In this document: piece after piece, positions 54,531-64,000 of the stretch
Layout: each line of letters starts with the position of its first letter
How positions within the stretch are numbered: the stretch's first letter is position 1
Source: Lytechinus pictus
Taxonomy: Eukaryota
Assembly: GCF_037042905.1 (NCBI RefSeq)
Contig: NC_087255.1
Coordinates: 19,282,001-19,346,000, forward strand
DNA length: 64,000 nucleotides
Direction of reading: 5' to 3'
Notes under the pieces: model-generated
Told to the model about the DNA's origin: nothing
What the model saw: the letters and a program-made list of their open reading frames with translations, nothing else
The model's database searches: none
Position numbers and translations under genes: made by a program

Positions 54531-55173
54531 CTGCTACGCCTACTATAAGTTGCTTGTTGGTTTTCTCGACGTCATGCTCGTAATCTTCGTCATCCTCTAT
54601 TTCGTACTTTTCTGACTCGCTAAAAATTTTCTCAATAACCTTCGGGTCAACGTTCGGAGTGTCACCTTTGACGAGCGGCGGAAACTGGAGGTGCAAGGCA
54701 TCCAGGATGTGCTTCTTGAGAGCTTGAATTCGGTATTCCTTCTCAGCCGCAGACATCTTCGTCGACAACGACCCCTGATCACCGACATCGGGTTTTATTG
54801 TATTCCGCATACGACAGTTCGGACAGGGGAATGATGTGTCTAGTTGTTGCGGTGGTTGAGATGACGTCGAAAATGAGGATGATGTCAGGGGATCGAACGA
54901 TAAAGGCTGATGATTTGAATGAGACGATGACGTCTTAGTTATATGGAGATTATTCGAACCCGACGACGATATCGGCGGTGAGGTAATGACCTCGGTGGAA
55001 GGGGGTATTCTGCGACGAGGCGACTCATGAACGCCGTTGACTCCGAATATTCGGAGCTTTGGCCAGCTGGCTGAGAGGCGGGCTGGAGAAGCCGAAAGAT
55101 GGATGCAGTTGCATAGCAACACAAAACAGAAGATGGATAACTGGAAGGGATGCGATCCGCTAACAGTGTACAT
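54531..55173 (-). CDS. TGF-beta superfamily ligand B (divergent activin/myostatin-like paralogue), coding exon 1
   Basis: ATG at 55173 is followed by a signal peptide (FQLSIFCFVLLCNCIHLSAS) and a Ser-rich linker. Motifs: CPNC...YRIQALKKHILDALHLQFPP and acidic EDDEDYEH..KTNKQLIVG. Donor GCAG|GTAAGA (intron starts 54530, phase 1). Confidence 0.92.
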
Positions 55174-55599
55174 AGTCGATGCTTCAAGATGTTTAGGTAC
55201 CTCAAGGAAAACCAACTCGCTTCTACCAACGTTAGAATCGTTCTTGAGGCGGACTTCAAACCTTTCGTTGCAGTATCCCTAAATATATCACTACGAAAAT
55301 GTTGTTAACATGGCTATTGAATTCTCACAATTGAACGCTCGTAGTAGTGCGTCAACGAGGGCTAAAGTATAACTTTGAAATTCGAAACGCAAGATCTTCG
55401 AACTTCTAAATTGCTACCATACCGGGAGGGCGTACTGGTGGTGATTAAGGAGATGTAGTAGGTTAAGACAAGGTGTGAAGACACAATGGAACCCCTCAGT
55501 ATCCATGTCTCTCGCTTACGACTCGCTAAGGCAAAGTGATACAATTAGAGGAGCGCATTCCGCTTTAGATTCCCGCAATGTTTTTCACCTTGATCGGGT

Positions 55600-55775
55600 T
55601 TTACGTCGCCGCCCACCCCATTTCACTCCTATTTAAACTCGTTGTTTTGATGACAATTGGGAGGGATGAAAGACAAGCGAGCCGTTTAGCATTGACAAAG
55701 ACCGAGCGGAATCGGGAGGAGAAGAAGTTAGAGATGGAGAGACAAGGAGAGAGCGGGGAGGGTGGGGCGGGGATG
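55600..55775 (-). promoter_or_regulatory. Candidate core promoter of ligand B
   Basis: GC box (GGGGCGGG at about 55763-55771) lies upstream of a TATA-like TTTAAATA (- strand, 55637-55630), about 460 bp before the ATG. This rests on motifs only. Confidence 0.3.
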
Positions 55776-57639
55776 GATGTTACGAATAAGTACACGTGAA
55801 GGAGAGTGAGGATTGATATTTATGACTTTTGTGAAAATTTTCCATGCGGCTACATACCATCACGTCAGGTGAAGGTTCTCCCACGGGAGAAATGTGACAG
55901 CCGTAGTACATTACAGTTCACCTTAACCCCACAGAGATGACAAGCGAAACAGATTACACCTTCCTATTGTCATGATTGTTACTCGAAGACAGAGAAATCA
56001 TACAAAACAAAGAGAGTGAGTGATGAACGGAGAGAGTAGTTGGGAGCGTGCGTGTCGGAGGGTTTTTGTTTGGAGCGTGAGTGTGTGTGTGTGTGTGTGC
56101 GTGTGTGTGAGGGAGATACGGTTGAGGGAAGGATAGAAGAAGTGGGTGAGCGAGAGAGAGATAGATATATATGTATATAGATGCGAAGGGAGAGGGAGAG
56201 AGAGAGAGGGGGAGAATGAGAGAATAATATATCCTGAAACAATAATCAAGGATAAGGAAGAGACAGAACCAACGTAGGGAAGTGGGGCGCCCTTCCGTCA
56301 AAAAGTTGAAAATTCGCCACCTGATACGAAATATTTCCGTTCATGGTAATTCATAGGCCCATGTTTATAAATCATGAAAAAAAAAGAATGTGAGTTTAAC
56401 AAAAATAAACATTATTAGAAACATGCGAAAGCAAAAGAAAAAAATAGTTGCAGCCGGATGTGATTTGTTTAAAACTCTTTACACTAGAAGAAGGCGCAGA
56501 AAGAACAAGCGGACTAGTCCATAAATGGACATAAACATTAACCCACCTCTGTCCGAACCTCGCCAAATATAACTAAAAACCTCATGATTAGGAAAGTTAG
56601 AAATTGAGGTTAATCACATCACAATGTCAGTTTGGTTTGAATTTAGTCTAACCACAAACTAAGGGTGGTAAAATAAACTCTGTAGCGAACAAATGAATGT
56701 ATAATGACAGAAAAGTGGGTATGGTCTACACTGCTTGCTGTGTGCCAGAAAGGCGTTAACACCATGGGAAACATTTTCGTTAACGCCCTTCTGGTCCCAC
56801 TGTGTAGATTTCCATGCAACATTTTCACCCTTGTGGTTGGCAGGGATAAATTGGACTTGGGATTTCTCTGATCAAAACAACGTTTTAGCGGTTTCAACCG
56901 CAAAAAGTTCAAGCTCGAACCACGTACGACGCAAGGTTCCCAAACATTGAACAAATAAGAGAAATCCCATTCGTTTTCAAAACAATGGCACAGAGAAAAA
57001 TTAGTTGTTTGGTTTTCTGGCCTGATTTGATTAATATTCCTCGTTCCGTCAGAGAATACCTTAGCAGGTGAAACATACACCGCACATGACCAGTTTGGCA
57101 TGTGTTCAAAACATGTCAGTGACACTCCAGTATCGCACACGCACACGCACGTCGCACACATACACACGCACAGCCACCCAGCCTCACAAACACCAACAGT
57201 CGTTTGGTATCCTTTCTTTTGGGTTCAAACTTTTCCTGATACAGGAGCCACCGAACAAGATTGAAAGTGTGTGTGTTAGGGTGTGTGTGTGAGGGGGGGG
57301 GGGGGGGTTGCTGAATATGCATAATATGATAATGATAATACGATAACGTATTGTACACACGTTTACAGGAAAATATGGAACAGGCGGGGGCTGTACAATG
57401 TCTCCCTCTCCCCCGATCCCGAGACCCCTGCGAAATAGGCTATAGCTCTTCTGCGAAAAAAAAACAACGAAAACAAACATTCGCGTAAGACATGTAAGAA
57501 GAAATGCACATACAATTATTTGTCCATACCTGTCCAAAAACTGCACCAATAAAATGAATAATGTCTATTGCAGAGCCAGCATTGGGGATGTTAGTAGAAT
57601 GACAATGCCACATCCTTTCACTCCTAGCCCAACAGGTTT

Positions 57640-58002
57640 ACATTCATTTGGTCCAATTGCTAACTTGTCTACTATAATTTGGTCTACCATCAGTTCGTCC
57701 AATATCCCATGGTCTAGTTACCATTCGTCCACCATTTCGTCTAATATAACCAGTTGGTCCAATAGCCATTTAGTCCATATACCATTTGGTCTAATTAGAC
57801 TAAGAGTTAATTGGCCAAAATGAATGAAAATAAAACGGGTTAGACCAACTGGTTATGAGGCGAAATGGTCATAGACCAACTGGTGATTAGAGGAAGTGAT
57901 GATTGGACCAAATGGTTGTTAGACGAGATGTTAATGGATGAAATTGCATTAAATAGACTAAATGAGTGGACGAGTTGGCAGTGGACGAATTGGCAATTTA
58001 CC
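57640..58002. repeat. Foldback-like element with short repeated GGTCTA/TAGACC motifs
   Basis: The left half repeats (T)GGTC(T/C)A and the right half repeats TAGAC(C/G)A. Related fragments lie at about 24745-24845 and 25555-25815. Confidence 0.6.
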
Positions 58003-58035
58003 GCCCAAAATGGCGGGAAGGGGAGGGTGAATTAA

Positions 58036-58541
58036 AGGGATGGTCCGGGCTGAAAATATTTATATCTTAATACATAGAGTAGAATTCACTGAGCAAAATG
58101 CCGAAAATGTCATCAAAATCGGATAACAAATAATAAAGTTATACGCCATCGAACGCTACCACAACAACTACAAAATATATATATATCAACAATCATAAAA
58201 ATAAAGTGTTACAATATGTCTCCCTTATAATGAAATAAGTTGCAGCAATAAATATCTAATGCACTAAATCAGATGTCAATCCAATTTTTCTAGTTCTTGG
58301 AGGAAAAAATTTGAATAAACCTATTTTCATATAATAAAATACAAAAGAACAAGTGGAGATGTGACATCATCAGCCCACCTAATGAATATTCATGACGACT
58401 GTTTTCACAAAATATTGCTAAACTTTAAAATTCAATAACTTTGTTATTTGTTATCCGATTTTGATGAAATTTTTGGCATTTTGCTCAGTGAATTCTACTC
58501 TATTCATTAAACTATAAATTATTTCAGCCCGGACCATCCCT
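58036..58541. mobile_element. Kolobok/T2-like MITE family C, internally rearranged copy
   Basis: TTAA|AGGGATGGTCCGGGCTGAAA ... TTTCAGCCCGGACCATCCCT|TTAA. Confidence 0.88.
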
Positions 58542-59909
58542 TTAAGGAAGAAAATACAGAAATCAGATTTGATGCTGGTCTTTTTCTCTTGTATGACCCA
58601 ATGTACCAATCAATCAATCAACCAACTAATTGCTTTCGATTCAATCACTAATACACTAATGAAATTCTTTATCCAAACAGTGCTATAAGAATAACTTACC
58701 CCTCTGTCTATATGCTTCATACCTCGTCTTCTCTGCTCTCTCCTTTTTTTCACTTCCTCCCTCCCCCTCTCACTTCCTATCCCTCTTGATAGATCTTCGC
58801 TCGTCTGTCTATCTCTCTCTCCTCCCCACCTCTCTTATCCTTCCTTCACTCTCTTCCCATGTTCTAGGTCGAAATTTCTAACCACATAGTCCAAGATCAA
58901 GGTCACATCAAATCTTGATCCAAAAACACCTTGTATTTCTTAGAAGTTCATAATCAATCTTTTTTCCGTGACGCACGCAACCCGCGATTTGTCAGAGCAA
59001 ATTCACCCGTCAGGGCACCATGAGAGGCATTTATTATTCCAATGAAATGTACAAAATGAAATATATCATCACGATCAAGGTATGTGATTGTTTATAAAAC
59101 TGTCATTCCTTTTAAACATTCGATGTATATGAAGCGATGTATGATATACATTCTTGGATGATCTTGAAGCGATTTGGAAATAACTTAAAAAATAAATCAA
59201 TGGACGGGAATATTAATGTCATTCTAAATGTCTCTGCTCATTGCCGAGTCCTCAGTGAACCCCTCCGAACAAGTTTCCGGTCTGTCCAAGTCCATAGTTC
59301 AAGGTATGTGATTATCGTTACGGATTTCTCTCGATCTCCCTTATGTGACTTTAACCATGTTCAGACGTGGGTTCTTAGTCGGAGTAAGATTTTATTACGC
59401 AGAAATTAAAGTTCTAAAGATATCTTTATCTTTTCACGACCCAGTGTCCACACGAGCGATCAAGATAGAAACTAGTTTGCCACGACCTACGCATCACGAA
59501 GGGTCAGAGTTGGTAGCGTCGTGTACGACATAAAACGCACAAGAGCTGACCGCTGGCCGTCATTACAAAATGAGTAAAATTTATAAAAACGCCATCTTGT
59601 GGATTGAATAATAATTAAAACAAAAGGTGATGATGAAGCTACGCGGATGGTAAATTGTATTTATCTTTTGTTCATTATTTTTTCTGTGGAATTTTTGAAA
59701 TTTAGTTATTAGATTCAGCCTAGAGCTACCTTACAACAACAACATCAACAAGATAATACGAGTAATTCAAGATGTTAGAACTACTTATTTTATATATTTC
59801 ATCCTCGATCCAGCAACTTTTACAAGAGTCAATTCTGCATAATGTGAAGGGGCTCAAAGGGACAGGTTTCTGACAAATTATATTTCATACAAAAAAGTTT
59901 ATGCAGATT

Positions 59910-60194
59910 CAGGGCCCTGGGAACGATTTTTAAATAGGGGGTGTTGGGAAATTTGTCCAGAAAAAGGTTTCACTCCAAGATAAAGGGGATTTTAGTGAGA
60001 ATTTTTTTGAAATGCAACCCCCCTAAAAAGATAAAGCTAGTGCTCCTAAAATCTCCGTCATTTGGGAGCTATAACCTTTTTTGGGGCTTGTCAACCCGAT
60101 TTCCAAGGGGATACTGCCTATGGTAAATAACATACGCAACACCCCCTGGAAAACCTTGAGGGGTGCTTCAGCATCCCTGCTTCCCAGGGCCATG
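59910..60194. mobile_element. Short hAT-like MITE, same family as 10779-11021
   Basis: CAGGGCCCTGGGAA ... TTCCCAGGGCCATG, with TSD TGCAGATT/TGCAGAAT (7 of 8 match). Confidence 0.78.
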
Positions 60195-60803
60195 TGCAGA
60201 ATTGCATTACTTGACAAATTTGTTTCTTGCTTCATAAGAAATTGGGCATATGCGTGAATTATAAGCATGTACATGGTGATGTGATCAACTACAAAAACAA
60301 TAAAGGTGGTGAGTGTGAACAAGCGTATCGCGACGAATCGATCGTCTTTGAAAAGACATTCCGAAAAAAAAATCAAAAGCGATACCCCACAATCCTTTCG
60401 CCGATGTAGCTTCATGGACACGATGGACCTATACGCTTTTCAAACAACTCATGTTTTGTCCTTTTCTTACCATGCTGATTCTGGTTGAAGCTCACCGTCT
60501 TTGTTGATAATAATTTTCTAAATGAAACCTACTAACCTAGGGCCTATCTGCTAAATATCATTATCAACTAGTAACAAGTCAATGTCTGTGTTAGTAAAAT
60601 ACTCCGGGGGTCTTTCCAAAGAGTTAAGTGTGACTTATTTAGGGGGTGTTGCTAGAAAATATTTGCAATCAAATGCAAATATTGTGTTGCGATTTTGAAA
60701 CTGATAGATCAATTTTAACTGTAGCAAATCAGACTACTCTCCTTGTTTCAAGATTAACAATCAAACGCGATATTCGCAATTACTTTCAAGATTTATGACT
60801 AAT

Positions 60804-60970
60804 TAATACCATGGTCACATTTGTTCTACGGCGGCCGTACGGCGAGTCGAAAACAGCCGTTTTAACATTTTTTGTCCAACTACATTTAGGTTGTTTGAAT
60901 CAAAATTAATAAAACGGCTGTTTTCGACTCGCCGTACGGCCGCCGTAGAGCAAATGTGACCAAGGTATTA
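60804..60970. mobile_element. Young palindromic MITE with near-perfect arms of about 60 bp
   Basis: TAATACCATGGTCACATTTGTTCTACGGCGGCCGTACGGCGAGTCGAAAACAGCCGTTTTA and its reverse complement, with 2 mismatches. Confidence 0.85.
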
Positions 60971-61657
60971 GGGACCGAAAATAGACTTGCATAAAGTCTA
61001 TTGCACTTGAATTTGAGCGCGGTATAGAAGGCATCACTGTATTGGCCAAATCTCATCGTGTAGTGCTCTAAATCATCGTACTAATACCTATGTTCAAATA
61101 GGTAATTATGCTAATCATAGTATCATCCTTATAAGAGTAAAAGCGAATTGAATATCTTGTCGTAATGACGTCATAGCAATTGTACGATTGGCTAAGTTTC
61201 AAAACTTATTTAGCCTTTGCTCTAAAATAAAGGCTTGCAATCATTAAAAAAATGTTATGTTACTATTCCAACAGTAGATACTTTTCATTCACATTCTTAG
61301 AAAATCAGCAAAATGCGTTTTGTTCCAAAATCGGACCGTGGACCAGTCGTAAGGTGTGCGGTGGCCTTTAAACTCTTTGTGGACACCCGCCTCTGGGTTT
61401 TTTTCTTCCAAAGAGCTGCATTTGACCCAATCGATCTCAATTTTGGCAAGCTATCAATAATCGAGGTATTCGCGCTGTCGCTTTATTAACAAAAATGTCG
61501 ACTGATTGGTAAGCATGAAGGAGTGTTCGACACATTGAGAGAACATTTTTCAACGGTTATAATTATGCATCCTAGATGATGGTGTCGATGGGTTTTCATG
61601 ATTGCGATTGATGGGGGTCAATCCGAAATCTTCGTAAGAAGGCCTAGAATGATGCAC

Positions 61658-62970
61658 TCACATATTTCCAGGACATGAATAACCAGAAGCGGGGGAGAAG
61701 CCATAGAGCACCACGGATACCTTGGCACCACCTGCGTCTAAACTGTTGTCATCACCTTGTAGCTGCTTCCGCATGACGCACAAGTCTGACTGCGCAATTG
61801 GTCCGGACCATTCAGAAGGTTCCAGGTGATGACCATTCAGAGTGATGTTCGATGTTGCTGCACATGGAGCAACGACGTTGGCAAAGCTGGTGGTTGTGTT
61901 TCGACGTCGGAGATTAAAGACGGGCAATGGGATAGACCTGCGCAGGGATTGGTCGTGCTCGGCGGGTTCATCTACGCTTGGAACAATCGTCAAACTGGGA
62001 AGCGAGTAGCCTGAGCTGTGAGTGAGATTGCGTGAGTTCGGAACTTGGTAGACTAAAACGGGCTGATTTGAAGTGATGAGAGTGTGCGTACTTCTTGTAC
62101 CACCCTGGTAGAGCCTGTATGTGTGACCTGGTGGGATCTGAACCTCGTCCTCACCGTTATCGATTCTGAGCTTCGTGTGCTTACTGGAAGCCATCACATA
62201 GGTCGTCACCTCCCCACCGCCGTAACCCCGCCAAGCTGATGCAACAAAACGACGTCCCCATCGTTCTACAGGGGGTAGATGCTCAAGCTTATGTCCGCAA
62301 CGTGAGTCGTTTTCGTCGTGATTGTCAGGGTAATAAGAATGCCCGCAAGTGGCACCCGACAAGACAGATATTGGCTTACTTGCAACAACGTGGGTTCCTG
62401 TTTGGTGTTCAACGGACATAAAGAAAAGTGCCTGGTGACGTCTGATCTTGAAACCCGCGCGTGTGCCACCATAATGAACATGATTCCTGAACCATAGGCT
62501 CCCTTTCAAGTCCAGGTTGACGAAAGTATCATCGTAGATGCCGATGATAACGAAGATTGTATTTTCATATGACGTGACAAGACGATATTGTTGCCCCATC
62601 ATTGGGGTCGGGAGAGCGAGGAATGCATCGGACCGTTCATCGCTGAATGCATCGTTAAGTCCATACACCAAGACCTGGCCTTGCGTTCTCACTTCCACGG
62701 GGTGTGCGGACTCAGAACGGGTATCGTAAAGGACAACAGTGGTTAGCAGCTCAATCTCGATGCTTGGTGTGCCGACGGGGATGACAAAACTGAAAGAGTA
62801 CGAGCCCGCGTCGATTTGACCGCGGATTGGTCTGTCATCATCTGCAGAAGAAGCACGGTGAATGAACAGCTTTGGGCCTCTTCGGTTCCCTCTGAAATAG
62901 GCAGCAAAGGCAACGAAAAACTCACTTCCGACTGCAGAAGTTGGAAAAGTTCTCTCAGCTGGACGTGTAT
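61658..62970 (-). CDS. IgGFc-binding (FCGBP N-terminal-like) domain protein, probable last coding exon
   Basis: Acceptor ctacAG| ending at 62971. The frame is open from 62970 (..GSEFFVAF..) into ORF 61658..62698. Family motifs: VLVYGLND, SDAFLALPT..MGQQY, FVIIGIYDDT.V, TGTHVVASKPISVLSG..C, EHLPPVERWGRRF, SNQPVLVYQ, LYGF...GYSCPG. Confidence 0.88.
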
Positions 62971-63566
62971 CTGTAGATGGTATAATAAATGAAAGAGATC
63001 CAATTGGATAAATTCTAGTTCAACGATAATAATATAAATCAGGAAGGGGGTCATCGGGCCCCATTGAACAAAACCTATCGCGATTCCAACACTGCAAAAT
63101 AATCATCCTTAATAACCTCCATAATAACCTTGATAGCATTTAGTTGAATAATGTTTCAGTGGCCATCCTCGAAATTTAAATTTATCAATACCAGGAATAA
63201 ACACAATCAGAATAATCGATCGATGGAGTATTTTGAGGTATAACAGTATGTTTTCCACATTTGTGAGCAACAGTTGTAATAGTGACCTAAAGGGGATTGT
63301 ATCTGTTTTCTTTTATTCACACTGTAAAAAAATGAATAATTTTAATTATTACTTCAGTAATGTAACCCGTACTACGATAACGATGGCAAATATGTCAAGA
63401 CAGAGGAATCAACCCTTGGTTTACATGCCGTCCTATCAATTGTGATACGTAACAAATCGTTACAAAACCTGCAATTCTCACAATCATATACAAATTATTG
63501 AATCGGGTAAGTGATTTTTCAAATAGTGCTTTAAGGTAAAATCACTGATGATTTAAGAAAACTCAC

Positions 63567-64000
63567 TTCTTGACCTGTCAAGTCCAAGAGGAAAACCATA
63601 TCCCCCGTTCGTCCCATGCCCAAACAAGAAGGCAGATAGGAAGCAAGCCGACGAAGTTTGATCTGGAGTCGCGGTCAAATGATAGCGTCCCGGTGTCACC
63701 CGGAACTGATTCCAGCACACCTGATCAGTGATGGCTGCGAAACCCTCCGAGACCACTTCGGTCTGACCAGGATTTTCCCAGGTCAGACGTCTGAAACATG
63801 CGCAATCGTATATGACACTGAGAAGATGAGATATCTCCGCGTTGCCTCTTCTTTCCGTTGCGTTTACGGTGCTGAAGATGACACCATTAGCAGGTTGAGC
63901 CAACGGTGGAATAGTCACCATGGTAGGGGATATCTTCTTGCATCGTTCACACGCACCGTGGTAAAGAACGAATGCTACTACCAGGACTGGTTTCGTAGCG
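63567..64000 (-). CDS. IgGFc-binding domain protein, upstream exon (partial, runs off the window), C-terminal part of another copy of the same domain
   Basis: Open frame from the window edge: ATKPVLVVAF...PTMVTIPPLAQ...AFLFGHGTNGGYGFPLG, paralleling the end of the downstream domain. Donor A|GTGAGT at 63566 (phase 1) matches the phase-1 acceptor at 62971 (596-bp intron). Confidence 0.82.

Overview
AT-rich, repeat-dense eukaryotic genomic DNA, most likely from an invertebrate deuterostome such as a sea urchin. The taxon is inferred from the repeat style and gene types and is not proven. There are three N-gaps. Three protein-coding genes can be reconstructed from splice signals that join in frame. 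(1) A two-exon TGF-beta superfamily ligand on the + strand, join(11354..12365,31107..31855), 586 aa, with an 18.7-kb phase-1 intron. (2) A second, more divergent two-exon ligand of the same subfamily on the - strand, complement(join(49189..49928,54531..55173)), 460 aa, with a phase-1 intron at the same position. Both have a signal peptide, a CxxC plus 'RI..(I/L)K..IL..L' prodomain helix, a polybasic furin site and a 9-cysteine mature domain (activin/inhibin-beta/myostatin/Dawdle branch). They form a convergent, tail-to-tail paralogue pair. (3) The 3' part of a - strand gene made of tandem IgGFc-binding (FCGBP N-terminal-like) domains, running off the right edge. The rest is non-autonomous DNA transposons, often nested: several TTAA-flanked Kolobok/T2-like MITE families, hAT-like elements with 8-bp TSDs and Harbinger-like elements with 3-bp TSDs. 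There are also tRNA-derived SINEs, LINE remnants and microsatellites. No CRISPR, rRNA or convincing functional tRNA gene was found. The most interesting observation is the activin-like ligand pair, in which the second member has lost otherwise conserved mature-domain residues.
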